This document shows, one piece after another, positions 20,133 to 30,002 of a stretch of 64,000 nt of DNA (positions are counted from its first letter, which is position 1; each line of letters opens with the position of its first letter). A model generated the notes under the pieces. The model saw only the letters and a list, made by a program, of their open reading frames with translations, ran no database searches and was not told the origin of the DNA. The stretch covers positions 30,910 through 94,909 of the forward strand of contig JBQLZK010000011.1 in NCBI GenBank assembly GCA_052168235.1, written 5' to 3'. A program made the position numbers and the translations under genes. Origin of the DNA: Thainema sp. Lineage in GTDB: Bacteria > Cyanobacteriota > Cyanobacteriia > Phormidesmidales > Phormidesmidaceae.

Positions 20133-21395
20133 CTAATGGGTAAGTGATAAATGTTTGGCTAAGCTGGCTGGCTGAGTCATACAATCCTCACCATCAGCAC
20201 TCAAGGCGGAAACCAGAACGGTTTTCAGACGGTGCAAGACCTGTCGATCCAGCGCTAAAAGGTAGTTGGGTGACAGCAAAATCAACTGCGTCTCCAACGC
20301 TTCGGTTACAGGCAGATGCACTTGGGATTGCACCGATTGAGAGGGATGCTGCTGAGTTAACAGCGCTTGGCGAAAAGCCAAGTCGGTATAGACGGGTAGC
20401 CGATGGTGCAAGGCAAACGGATAGGCTTGCGCTTGAACTCCCGCCTGCGCGCAAGCCGCTAAAACAGATTGAGCCGAGACACCTGGCTGAACAATCCGAA
20501 TTGGATAGCCCTGATAAAACCCACCCCGCTGGGCAGGCGAGGGTAGCTGCACCCGCTCAATGCCTTCAATGTCGTTCAGCTCTTGATCAAGCATTTCAAT
20601 ATGCTGCTGCTTAACGCGGTTAAAGATATTGAGGTAATCCAAATCGACATCTGCAAGTAAGGCTCCCAGCGGTGCCATCCGGCGTTTATAACCGATACCC
20701 GTAGCCGAAAACGCTTCTAGACCAACGGCAGCAAAATGTTGACTGTGCCGATCAAAATGGCCCCAAGCTGACATCCGGATGTAGTGCTCCCAGTTATCCG
20801 TGACCACGATACTGCCTTCACCGGCGGCAACGGGCTTACTACCCTGAAGGCTGAAAACACCAAAATCGCCCCAAGCTCCACAGGCGCGATTGCCCCACCG
20901 CGCCCCATGTGCATGAGAGACATCTTCAATCAGCGCAATGTTACGCCCTGCTAAAATCTGCTGCAGTTTTTGCATATCGGCAGGAATGCCCCACAGATGA
21001 ACCACAATCACCGCCTTGGTTTTCGGGGTTAGCTTGTGAGCAACATCTACCGGATCAATCGTTAGCGTCGTCTCTGTGATATCGGCAAAAACGGGAATAG
21101 CTCCAGCATTCAAAATGGGATCAATCGAAGCATGAAACGTACAAGATGGCACAATCACCTCGTCTCCCGGCTGGATATTGGCAGCAAATAGAGCAGCCTC
21201 AATTGCAGATGTGCCATTGCAAAATGTCAGCCCATATTGCCGACCAACCGCAGCCGCATAACGCTGTTCAAATGCTTCAATAAAATCCGGATAGCGAGAG
21301 ATTTCGTGCTTAGCAATTGCTTGAGCGACACGCAATATTTTCCGAGTCAAAATCCGAGTTCTGAGCCATGCAAGCTGTACTTTTCTCATGAGCAT
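20133..21395 (-). CDS. DegT/DnrJ/EryC1/StrS PLP aminotransferase
   Basis: NGTSAI, PGDEVIVP, VHLWG, IEDVSHAHGA, FSLQGSK (PLP lysine), GEG. Confidence 0.92.
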   Translation of the reverse strand: MLMRKVQLAWLRTRILTRKILRVAQAIAKHEISRYPDFIEAFEQRYAAAVGRQYGLTFCNGTSAIEAALFAANIQPGDEVIVPSCTFHASIDPILNAGAIPVFADITETTLTIDPVDVAHKLTPKTKAVIVVHLWGIPADMQKLQQILAGRNIALIEDVSHAHGARWGNRACGAWGDFGVFSLQGSKPVAAGEGSIVVTDNWEHYIRMSAWGHFDRHSQHFAAVGLEAFSATGIGYKRRMAPLGALLADVDLDYLNIFNRVKQQHIEMLDQELNDIEGIERVQLPSPAQRGGFYQGYPIRIVQPGVSAQSVLAACAQAGVQAQAYPFALHHRLPVYTDLAFRQALLTQQHPSQSVQSQVHLPVTEALETQLILLSPNYLLALDRQVLHRLKTVLVSALSADGEDCMTQPASLAKHLSLTH

Positions 21396-21714
21396 TAATA
21401 ACTAATAACGAGCAACCAATAAGTATTGGGTTCCTGTCAACTGCTAGGAATGAATGGCCATTGCCCCTAGCGCTAGCACAATACATGAAAGTTGTATAGA
21501 TTGTGCGTTACGGCTTCGCCTAACCCACCCTACAGCATTGTTTAATTTTGGCCATTTACTTAAAACCAGTCTGTTTTTGAAGAAGGATTTAGGAAATATG
21601 GCAGAAAATCGCTGATTTTTTTATCAACTTAGGTATGAATTGAAATGACAGAGCACTGAGAGAATCAGTTATTTATATTTGGTCAGACTTTAACGCGCCT
21701 GAGCTATCTAGACT

Positions 21715-21775
21715 TGCCAAAATGCCAAAGCAATCCATAGAACTCTAGCCCTGTATGGGGAGTGGCAAAGTGGCA
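21715..21775. promoter_or_regulatory. Divergent pair of TGGCA-N3-TGGCA motifs in the degT/wzc bidirectional promoter
   Basis: TGCCAAAATGCCA (21715-21727) and TGGCAAAGTGGCA (21763-21775). Confidence 0.5.
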
Positions 21776-21830
21776 CCCTTTTGCGATCGCACATTTGTTA
21801 AATTGGTCGTCAATCTTTGGTTGAACGGTC

Positions 21831-24008
21831 ATGGATATTCAACAGTATTGGTTCATTCTGAAGCGCAGATGGTTACCTGCAAGCCTTGTTTTTGTTTCGG
21901 TTTCGGCGCTAACAGTCGTTGCTTTGTCCCGGCAAACCAATATTTATCAAGCAGAAGGTAAAATCCGCTTTACCTCTGCCGATCGAACCTCTGCCTTGAC
22001 GGGTGTAGGCACAACCGAGGGCGAGTTCAACCCCTTAGTTGAATCGAACAATCCAATGACAACGGAGATGGAAGTCATTCGCTCCGAGGAAATGGTTCAA
22101 ACTGCCCTCGAACGAATTTCGGCCAATAGTCCCCATAGCGAAACTCCCTCGCGTCAGGAACTCTTAGAGCATTTGCAGCTCACCAATGTCAGAGGTACGG
22201 ATATTTTGCTGCTCACCTATCAAAGCCCTGATCCAGAATTGGCGGCGACGGTAGTCGATACCATTATGGATATTTACCTTGAAAATCACGTTCATGAAAA
22301 TCGCATTGAAGCGATGGCAGCCCGACAGTTTATTGAACAGGAATTACCGGGAGCAGAGGCTCGGGTACAAGAAGCAGAAGCAGATTTGAGGCAGTTCCAA
22401 GAAGTCAACCAAGTGGCCTCTTTAGATGAGGAAAAGGTCGCTGTCGTGACGGCAGCAGAAGCGCTGCGACAGCGGGTCGCAGAGGCTCACTCTGCCCTGG
22501 CAGATGCCCAAGAGCAGTCAACCGCCTTTAGTCAGCAGTTAGGCATGTCGCCCCAAGAGGCCATTGCTATTACTACGCTCAGCCAGTCCGCCGGGGTGCA
22601 GGAAATTCTCACTCAGTATCAAGCCGTCGAGTCGCAGCTCGCCATTGAGCGGGTGCGGTTCCAGGATGAAAGCCCCGTGGTGCAAGACCTGCTCAATCGC
22701 CAAGCCAATCTGCAAGCATTGCTGCAAGAGCGCGTTGCCAATACGCTAAACGGTCAGTCAATCGACCCAAATGCCAATTTGCAAATTGGTGAGCTGCAAG
22801 CGGCCTTAGCGGCTGATTTGGCTCATGCCGAGGCGACACGACGTGGACTAGCGGAACAGTTGAATGCGTTAGAGTCTGCACAAACCTTCTATGATCAGCG
22901 TTTAGCGACCCTACCTCGACTCGAACAAGAGCAGCGAGAACTCCTGCGGCGTCTGGAAGCAGCTCAAGGAACCTATTCATTACTGTTGCAACGGCTGCAT
23001 GAAACGCGAATTGCAGAGAACCAAAACTTTGGCAATGCCCGGATCTTACAAACCGCATTTGTTGGGGAGAAACCAATTTTGCCGCGTAAGCTGTCGTTCT
23101 TAGCATCGGGCGGCATTATGGCGGTGCTGCTGGCGGCGGCGACGGCGGTGCTGCTGGAAATGCAGGATAAGTCGGTGAAGACGGCGAAGCAAGCCCGCAA
23201 TCTGTTTGAACTAACGCTCCTGGGCGTGATTCCGTTGCACAAAATCACTAGCCGCTCACTCTACGGCTTCCGGGCCACAGAGCGCTATTCAGAGGTGATT
23301 GTCCGGGATGAACCCGAATCTGCGATCGCAGAAGCCTATCGGATGCTACAGGCTAACTTGAAGTTTCTCAACTCGGATCGAGAGATTAAAACGGTGGTCG
23401 TCACCAGTTCAACGATGGGTGAAGGCAAATCCGTTATCTCTGCAAACCTAGCCATGGCCAAAGCGCAGCTTGGTCATCGGGTTCTGCTGATTGATGCTGA
23501 TATGCGGTGTCCGCGCCAGCATCAAATTTGGGGCGTGATTAATGACCGGGGCTTGAGTAACGTCATGGTCGAGCACTGCCCGCTGGCCTCTGTCGTCAAG
23601 ACACCGCTGGCCTATCTGGACGTGCTAACGGCAGGCGTGATGCCGCCCAATCCGACCGCACTGCTTGACTCCCAGCGCATGGCTATATTCTTACAGCAGG
23701 TCGCCGAAGACTATGACTTTGTGATTATTGACACGCCAGCGCTGAACATTACGGCGGATGTGCAAATTTTGGGTCGTTTATCCAGTGGTATTTTGCTGGT
23801 AACCCGTCCCGGCGTGGTTGATATGGGCAGTGCGCTAGCCGCGAAGGAGCGCCTAGCGCAGTTTGGGCCGTTGGTTCTGGGCCAGGTGATTAATGGCGTG
23901 GTGCCCGAAAATGAACCCGACAGCTACTACTATTTTGCAGGCAACTATGCCGATCGTCATGCGGAAGACTCGTCTACTGTTGCCGTCCCGTCTCGGATAC
24001 ATGGCTGA
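21831..24008 (+). CDS. wzc: Polysaccharide co-polymerase / BY-kinase
   Basis: Two TM flanking a coiled coil, EAYRMLQANL, Walker A GEGKS, LIDADMR, IIDTP, C-terminal YYY cluster. Confidence 0.95.
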   Translation: MDIQQYWFILKRRWLPASLVFVSVSALTVVALSRQTNIYQAEGKIRFTSADRTSALTGVGTTEGEFNPLVESNNPMTTEMEVIRSEEMVQTALERISANSPHSETPSRQELLEHLQLTNVRGTDILLLTYQSPDPELAATVVDTIMDIYLENHVHENRIEAMAARQFIEQELPGAEARVQEAEADLRQFQEVNQVASLDEEKVAVVTAAEALRQRVAEAHSALADAQEQSTAFSQQLGMSPQEAIAITTLSQSAGVQEILTQYQAVESQLAIERVRFQDESPVVQDLLNRQANLQALLQERVANTLNGQSIDPNANLQIGELQAALAADLAHAEATRRGLAEQLNALESAQTFYDQRLATLPRLEQEQRELLRRLEAAQGTYSLLLQRLHETRIAENQNFGNARILQTAFVGEKPILPRKLSFLASGGIMAVLLAAATAVLLEMQDKSVKTAKQARNLFELTLLGVIPLHKITSRSLYGFRATERYSEVIVRDEPESAIAEAYRMLQANLKFLNSDREIKTVVVTSSTMGEGKSVISANLAMAKAQLGHRVLLIDADMRCPRQHQIWGVINDRGLSNVMVEHCPLASVVKTPLAYLDVLTAGVMPPNPTALLDSQRMAIFLQQVAEDYDFVIIDTPALNITADVQILGRLSSGILLVTRPGVVDMGSALAAKERLAQFGPLVLGQVINGVVPENEPDSYYYFAGNYADRHAEDSSTVAVPSRIHG

Positions 24009-24032
24009 TATCAAGTTCATGTATAGGAACCC

Positions 24033-24084
24033 AATTTATGTTGTGTAGGGACACGGCATGCTGTGTCCCTACACAACATAAATT
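24033..24084. repeat. 52-bp hairpin containing the REP core GTAGGGACACGGCATGCTGTGTCCCTAC
   Basis: AATTTATGTTGTGTAGGGACAC...GTGTCCCTACACAACATAAATT 22-bp stem between wzc and wzx. Confidence 0.85.
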
Positions 24085-24167
24085 ATCGGGTTTTAACCGG
24101 ACTTTAGATAATTCTAATTCCTTGCTCCGCCAATACGCTCCAATGCTGGACGGGAGATAGTTTAGGT

Positions 24168-25523
24168 ATGTTGCACAAGTTGGTGCGATCAAAGGGTCAA
24201 GTTAATGCTGAGTTCGTTCAAATCCTGAACAACACGGGCTGGCTGTTTGCGGGCAAAGTACTACGCATGTTGATCAGCTTGATTGTGGGTACCTGGATTG
24301 CTCGCTACCTGCGTCCAGAAGGGTTTGGACAGCTACAATACGCACTGGTCTTTGTCAGTTTTTTCGACCCGCTATCCACCATCAAAATGGGGCCGATCAT
24401 TACCCGCGACTTGGTGCAAAGACCCCAGGAGAGTCCGCTTATTCTAGGCACAGCTTTTGCGCTACAGTTGGTGGGCGGCATTTTGGCCATGGGTCTGTGT
24501 ATCGTAGGCGTGCTGCTGCTGTCACCTGGACATCCTCTTATTCAGTTATTGGTTGTCATTGCAGCGCTGAAGTTTTTCTTTAATTCGTTCCAACCAATCG
24601 AGAACTGGTTTGAATCGCAGGTGGCTTCGAAGTATGTGGTTCTGGCCGAGCACAGCGGCTTTTTGCTGATCGTACTGCTCAAAAGTGGCCTATTGCTCTG
24701 GCAAGCAACCGTAGTTGCATTTGCGATCGCAACTGTTTTGGAATCGTTTCTTTACGCTCTCGGGCTGGTATTTTTCTATCTCAAACAGCATCAGTCGCTC
24801 TGGACGTGGCGCACCAATTGGCCCAGCCTACAGTACTTGCTGCGAGAATCTTGGCCGTTAGTACTGTCATCAACGGCAGCAGTGATTTACTTAAACATTG
24901 ATCAGCTTATGTTAGGAAACTTGCTGGATAAACATGCCGTTGGCATCTATGCCAGTGCCGCAACTTTATCCGAAGCAACTGCTTTTTTGCCCGTTATCAT
25001 CGGGTCTTCCCTGTATCCCAGAATTGTCAAATCTCGCCAGCTTAAGCCCGCCATCTATCAGCAGCGGCTACAGCAATATTATGACTTAAATAGCGGGGTT
25101 TCCTATGGACTGATTCTATTCCTTATTCCGATCTCAGGATTATTAATTTCTAAGCTCTACGGCGCTGACTATACAGCCGCTATTCCGATCTTTAAAATTC
25201 ATATTTTGAGTTCATTATTCACCTATTTAGGAATTGCTCAAAGTAAATGGATTATTACCGAAGGACTGCAAAAATATAACTTCTATGCTCGCCTAACAGG
25301 TTTGGTTGCCAATATTACGCTCAATTTGATCTTTATTCCCCTCTATGGCGGCGTTGGAGCTGCGATCGCAACTTTGATTTCCTACGCCATTGGGGGATAT
25401 CTCTTCTTCTGGTTACTGCCTGCTACCCGCAGCAATGCTTACTTAATGACCAAAGCCATGCTGCTGCCGTTCCGTTTACTGCTCTCTCGCATTTGGCTGG
25501 TCAAGCGCCCGAACAGAGACTGA
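24168..25523 (+). CDS. wzx: Flippase
   Basis: Multi-TM; NTGWLF..IARYL.PEGFG..IDQLMLG..VGIYASA..GAAIATL. Confidence 0.92.
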   Translation: MLHKLVRSKGQVNAEFVQILNNTGWLFAGKVLRMLISLIVGTWIARYLRPEGFGQLQYALVFVSFFDPLSTIKMGPIITRDLVQRPQESPLILGTAFALQLVGGILAMGLCIVGVLLLSPGHPLIQLLVVIAALKFFFNSFQPIENWFESQVASKYVVLAEHSGFLLIVLLKSGLLLWQATVVAFAIATVLESFLYALGLVFFYLKQHQSLWTWRTNWPSLQYLLRESWPLVLSSTAAVIYLNIDQLMLGNLLDKHAVGIYASAATLSEATAFLPVIIGSSLYPRIVKSRQLKPAIYQQRLQQYYDLNSGVSYGLILFLIPISGLLISKLYGADYTAAIPIFKIHILSSLFTYLGIAQSKWIITEGLQKYNFYARLTGLVANITLNLIFIPLYGGVGAAIATLISYAIGGYLFFWLLPATRSNAYLMTKAMLLPFRLLLSRIWLVKRPNRD

Positions 25524-25585
25524 TATGACTAGGGTGATTTCATTGTCGCCAACGAAAACCCTGAAATCGCGATTTTATGTGTCCG

Positions 25586-25613
25586 GTAAGGGCGAATGGC
25601 CATTCGCCCCTAC
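25586..25613. repeat. REP-like palindrome copy
   Basis: GTAAGGGCGAATGGCCATTCGCCCCTAC. Confidence 0.85.
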
Positions 25614-25632
25614 GTAACTATCCGCAACGACT

Positions 25633-26922
25633 ATGTCAAAACTACTGCTCATTTCTGGTGTGTATCCTCCGGCTGTTGGGGGGCCATCTTTGCAAACCAA
25701 GCAGATTGCCCAGGGGCTGATGGCCCAAGGCATGACCGTGCAGGTCGCCACCTACGGCCATCCTCAACACAGCGGTATCTGGGATGGTGTCCCCATCACC
25801 TTTTTAGATAGCAGCCCGCAGCCCCATTGGAGCGGGAAATTGAGGCGCAATCTAGGCATAATCCGGCAGCTTAATCGGCTGATTCACCAGCAGCAACCGG
25901 ATGTGATTCACATGCAGACAGCGGCTGGCAATTTAGCGCTGATGACGGGACTCCTGGCTCGCTGGCACCGCATTCCCTCACTGCTCAAGTACACAGCGGA
26001 TTTAGCGGCTCAGAAGGCGGCCTTGGAGGATTTTTTGCCGACCGGAGGCAAGAGACAGCGTTTTCAAGCCTGGATGAATCAGCTACGCAATGAGGGATTT
26101 CAGCGGCTGCTCTTTAAGCTGTATACGGCAATCTGGGCAACGACTCCCGCCTTTCACGATCGGTTAGTCAACTACTATCAGGTTCCCTTGGCAACAGCTC
26201 TGCTCTGGCCTAATTTTATTGATTTACGAGCCTATACAGCCATTGCTCAGCGTCGCAGTCAGCAGTCCAGTATTCCTCAGAGCAGTCAGGACAGGGTGGA
26301 ACTGCTAACGGTTGCCCGACTGTTTCCTGTCAAGGGTTTAGATGTATACCTGCGCGCCTTGGCTCAGCTTTCGGATCTGCCCATTCATGCTCGCATTGTC
26401 GGCAGTGGTTCAGCCACCTACCAGCGGCATTTAGAAGCGTTAGCCGCAGAGTTGGGCCTTGGCAACCGCCTTGAATTCACAGGTGCGATCGCACCGGAGC
26501 AAGTGGCCGCTGCCTACGCAACCGCTGACCTGTTTATCTTGCCCAGCCGTCACGAACCCTTTGGTATTGTCCTGATTGAAGCAATGGCGGCAGGTATCCC
26601 CATTGTCGCGACCAATGTTGATGGTATTCCCAATGTGGTGCAAGCGGATGGACAATCAAGCGGACAAGCTAGCTGTTCCGCGCTGCTCGTGCCGCCTGAG
26701 GATGCCGACCAACTTGCGATCGCAATTCGGTCACTGATATCGTCTCCCGAACAACGCCAGGCCTTTGCGATCGCAGGCCAAATTCGCGCTCAGCAGTTCG
26801 CTCTCGACCAGGGACTGCAAGCGTTACAGAGCATGTATCAACGTCTGATAGCAAGTCTGCATACAAAAAACCAATTTATTTTTTATGAACCGTTTGCGGA
26901 GCAAACGGTTCATAAAAAATAA
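25633..26922 (+). CDS. Glycosyltransferase family 4
   Basis: YPPAVGG, ARLFPVKG, EPFGIVLIEAM (EX7E). Confidence 0.93.
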   Translation: MSKLLLISGVYPPAVGGPSLQTKQIAQGLMAQGMTVQVATYGHPQHSGIWDGVPITFLDSSPQPHWSGKLRRNLGIIRQLNRLIHQQQPDVIHMQTAAGNLALMTGLLARWHRIPSLLKYTADLAAQKAALEDFLPTGGKRQRFQAWMNQLRNEGFQRLLFKLYTAIWATTPAFHDRLVNYYQVPLATALLWPNFIDLRAYTAIAQRRSQQSSIPQSSQDRVELLTVARLFPVKGLDVYLRALAQLSDLPIHARIVGSGSATYQRHLEALAAELGLGNRLEFTGAIAPEQVAAAYATADLFILPSRHEPFGIVLIEAMAAGIPIVATNVDGIPNVVQADGQSSGQASCSALLVPPEDADQLAIAIRSLISSPEQRQAFAIAGQIRAQQFALDQGLQALQSMYQRLIASLHTKNQFIFYEPFAEQTVHKK

Positions 26923-26990
26923 ATTGTGGCTTTCAACTGAACTTCATATGAGTCCTCAGTTTTTGTCGTCCTACTATCATCCATCAAGCC

Positions 26991-28463
26991 GTGACTAAAG
27001 CCATTCTATCCCCTCGTCCTATCCTGCCAGGTCTGGCAGGCAGTTCGTCAACGCCATTTGTGGCAATGCAGCCGCTACAGCGGTTTACCATCATTGGCTT
27101 GATGGCGCTCGCTTTGATTAGCGTTGGTCTGCTGCAACAGTCCAATCCAACAGCAATATCGGGGATGGAATGGGTCTATCTGGCACTGGTGCTCAATGGC
27201 GTGCTGCTCCTACTGCCCGTTATTTTCTATCGACCAACCTTTGGCTGGTTCCATCCGCTAATGTTTGTCATCTTTTGGAGCGTGATCACCCATCTGCGCC
27301 GCTTTGATGTCTACATCACCGGACTTCCCTGGCATGCTGCCTTACCAGGGTGGAGTTCAGAGAGCCTGACAATGCTGGTCTTCAAAGACCTGATGCTGCA
27401 AGCGGCTGGCATCGTTGCTATGTACACCGGATTTCTCCTCAGTCCGGCTTGGGCACTGCCCAATATTCGCTTTCAGCAGCCAGCCCATCTGGGCAAAAAG
27501 ACCATTGCCACCGTGGGATTCGCTGCCGGGATTTTCGCAGTCTATATGCAGTCACGGGGCGGCATTATTAGCCACATTTTGTCCTGGGGAGCAGGCCGCA
27601 ATCAAGCGCTGGCCGGAAACTTTTACTGGCAGTTTTTTACCCAGTTGGGGTTAATCGCCTGTCTAAGCTGGCTGGCGATGGATCGCCGCTCAACCTCCAC
27701 TCCTGCTTTCTGGGGCTGCACAATAACGTCGTTGATGATGACGTTTATTGTTGGTGGCTCTCGATCAAGCGTGGTTTATTTCATGGTCATGGGGCTGCTG
27801 GTCTGGTTCTTACGGGAGCAAAAAATTTCCCTGGTGCGAATTACCGCAATCGCTTTGATCGGCCTGTTTGCTCTCGGTCTACTGGGTAATCTGCGGGACA
27901 GCACTTACAGCGGTCAGATTAACTGGAACGTCTTTCGGGGAGGATCAAACAGCGCTGCGACATCGAATGAATCCACGCTGGGCAACAGCTTGAGCGAAAT
28001 CTCCGAGCGCAGCAGCGTTTACTCCGGCGTATTTCCCATTTTGGCCTTAGTACCCAATCAGGTGGATTATCTGGAGGGAAGTTCCTATCTGGCTTTGCTG
28101 ACGCTACCTGTGCCTCGGGCGCTGTGGTCAGGAAAGCCTGGTTTAGTGGCAGGCAGAGTGGGCGAAGTCTTTTATGGCAGCAATTTTGGCATTCCACCAG
28201 GAGCGGTGGGAGAAGCCTACTGGAACTATGGCGTACCCGGCGTGCTGATGGTCTTTACTCTCTACGGCATGTTTCAGCGTTTCTTAGCCAATACATTTAT
28301 CCGGTATGCCCATCAATCCGCTGCGATCGCACCTTATGTGATTACGCTGTTTTTGTTCTCAGCACCAACGGGTCTAGCTTGTATTGCTTGGCTGATGATG
28401 CTCGTGCCGATGCTGGCCTATTTAGTGGCCATTGGAGCCATTCGGCCACCTCAGCTTCACTAA
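26991..28463 (+). CDS. wzy: Putative polysaccharide polymerase (Wzy-like)
   Basis: About 11 TM, GGSRS, PVPRALWSGKP, GEAYWNYG; position within a wzx/wzc cluster. Confidence 0.8.
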   Translation: MTKAILSPRPILPGLAGSSSTPFVAMQPLQRFTIIGLMALALISVGLLQQSNPTAISGMEWVYLALVLNGVLLLLPVIFYRPTFGWFHPLMFVIFWSVITHLRRFDVYITGLPWHAALPGWSSESLTMLVFKDLMLQAAGIVAMYTGFLLSPAWALPNIRFQQPAHLGKKTIATVGFAAGIFAVYMQSRGGIISHILSWGAGRNQALAGNFYWQFFTQLGLIACLSWLAMDRRSTSTPAFWGCTITSLMMTFIVGGSRSSVVYFMVMGLLVWFLREQKISLVRITAIALIGLFALGLLGNLRDSTYSGQINWNVFRGGSNSAATSNESTLGNSLSEISERSSVYSGVFPILALVPNQVDYLEGSSYLALLTLPVPRALWSGKPGLVAGRVGEVFYGSNFGIPPGAVGEAYWNYGVPGVLMVFTLYGMFQRFLANTFIRYAHQSAAIAPYVITLFLFSAPTGLACIAWLMMLVPMLAYLVAIGAIRPPQLH

Positions 28464-28476
28464 AGGCAAAGTGGCA
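28464..28476 (+). promoter_or_regulatory. Candidate operator AGGCA-AAG-TGGCA
   Basis: Motif copy right after the wzy stop, upstream of the next GT. Confidence 0.4.
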
Positions 28477-28547
28477 ATACTTTTGGTACAGGGCAAAGCA
28501 GACTAGTGAAACAAGCCAGAGAGAATGCCTGCGATTATTGACATTTC

Positions 28548-28688
28548 GTAGGGGCAAATGGCCATTTGCCCTTACAGGTACGGAATATTTCTAAAACCAT
28601 TGATGTTATGGGAGGGCGAATACCATTCGCCCCTACCGATAAAACCATCGACATTTTGGAAGGGCGAATGCCATTCGCCCCTACCGAT
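28548..28688. repeat. Cluster of three REP-like palindromes including a 48-bp tandem duplication
   Basis: Copies at 28548, 28611, 28659; units starting TAAAACCAT at 28592 and 28640. Confidence 0.85.
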
Positions 28689-28742
28689 ACAGAATATTCA
28701 TTCAATTTGTTCGTTCATTGCTCATTCATCATAGGTAAAGCT

Positions 28743-30002
28743 ATGAGTATGTTGCCCCGATCCGCAGAGGGCTTGCCCATCAAGGAGTCCTCGCTTCTAC
28801 CAGCCGTTCAAACTAAAGATGTTGATCAGACTCGTCCGCCTCGTATCAAGGTGCTATTCTTCACGCCATCCTTGGGCAGCGGTGGAGCTGAAATGCATCT
28901 TTTGCGTATTCTCAACGCCCTGGATCGACAGGGGTTCGAGCCATCGGTAGCCGTTGCACAGCAAGGGGGAAGCTACGAAACAGCCCTGGCCGAAGATGTC
29001 ACAGTCTACGCCCTTAATCCAGCCGGGATGCCATCCAGTACCCTCCGAATGATGCGGGCGATCAAGCCGCTGCGACAGCTAATCCAGGCCGAGCGGCCTG
29101 ACATTGTTTGCTCACTACAGGGTCACGCCAATCTGGCTGCCATTCGCGCCTGCCAAGGAATCAAGCCGCAGCCCAAGCTGATTATCTGTGTGCAGAATTC
29201 GCCATTCTCTAAGTACTACCGTCGTTGGCATCCGCTGGATCAGTTGATGCTGCTTCTGATGGCAAAGCTATATCCCCAGGCCGATCAGGTGGTTGCTCTA
29301 TCCAGCGGTGTAGCGGAAGAACTGCGATCGCTAATGGGTCAATCTCCAGTTGATAACACCCGATCCGCGCCGCATCCCCCCATCGATATTATCTACAATG
29401 CGGGAGTTGATGATGCCGTACTGAAAGGATCATCCGAAACGTCTATCCTAATGCAGCGTTCTGCCCATCAGCCCGTGATAGTCGCCTGTGGCCGATTGCA
29501 CCCCCAAAAAGGATATCCCTATTTGCTGAAAGCATTGGTAAAAGTGCGGCAGAGCATTTCAGCTACACTGTGGATTCTGGGCGAGGGGCCATTACGTCCC
29601 ATGCTAGAGCAGCAAATCAAAACTTTGGGGCTGACTCGTGCGGTTAAGTTCTTGGGCTTTCAAGCCAATCCCTATCAGTACATGGCTGCTGCCGATGTGT
29701 TTGTGCTGTCGTCAATATACGAAGGGTTTGGCAATGTGATCGTTGAAGCGATGGCCTGTGGAGTCCCTGTGGTAGCAACTAACTGTCCGCACGGGCCTGC
29801 CGAAATTCTGGAGCAGGGTAAAAATGGTCTGCTGGCGCTGCCGGGGGATGTTGATTCGCTCGCGAGACAACTCCTCAAGGTGCTGCAAGATCCAGAACTA
29901 CAGGAGACTCTAGCCCGACGAGGGCTAATGCGATCGCAAGCGTTCCACTCCTCAACCATTGCCGCCAATTATGGGCAAGTTTTTCGGCAGGTATTAGCTT
30001 GA
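28743..30002 (+). CDS. Glycosyltransferase family 4 (PglJ/WabH-like)
   Basis: GSGGAE, GRLHPQKG, EGFGNVIVEAM; start moved to 28743 because the track N-terminus translates REP repeats. Confidence 0.92.
   Translation: MSMLPRSAEGLPIKESSLLPAVQTKDVDQTRPPRIKVLFFTPSLGSGGAEMHLLRILNALDRQGFEPSVAVAQQGGSYETALAEDVTVYALNPAGMPSSTLRMMRAIKPLRQLIQAERPDIVCSLQGHANLAAIRACQGIKPQPKLIICVQNSPFSKYYRRWHPLDQLMLLLMAKLYPQADQVVALSSGVAEELRSLMGQSPVDNTRSAPHPPIDIIYNAGVDDAVLKGSSETSILMQRSAHQPVIVACGRLHPQKGYPYLLKALVKVRQSISATLWILGEGPLRPMLEQQIKTLGLTRAVKFLGFQANPYQYMAAADVFVLSSIYEGFGNVIVEAMACGVPVVATNCPHGPAEILEQGKNGLLALPGDVDSLARQLLKVLQDPELQETLARRGLMRSQAFHSSTIAANYGQVFRQVLA

Noticed and set aside
21771..21784. Sigma-54-like TGGCAC...TTGC promoter before wzc
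   Set aside because: GG-to-GC spacing is 9 rather than 10 nt, and cyanobacteria are not known to have RpoN
28548..28688. Possible mini CRISPR array (regularly spaced palindromic repeats)
   Set aside because: Spacers are short and similar to each other, repeats are dispersed REP copies, and no cas genes are present
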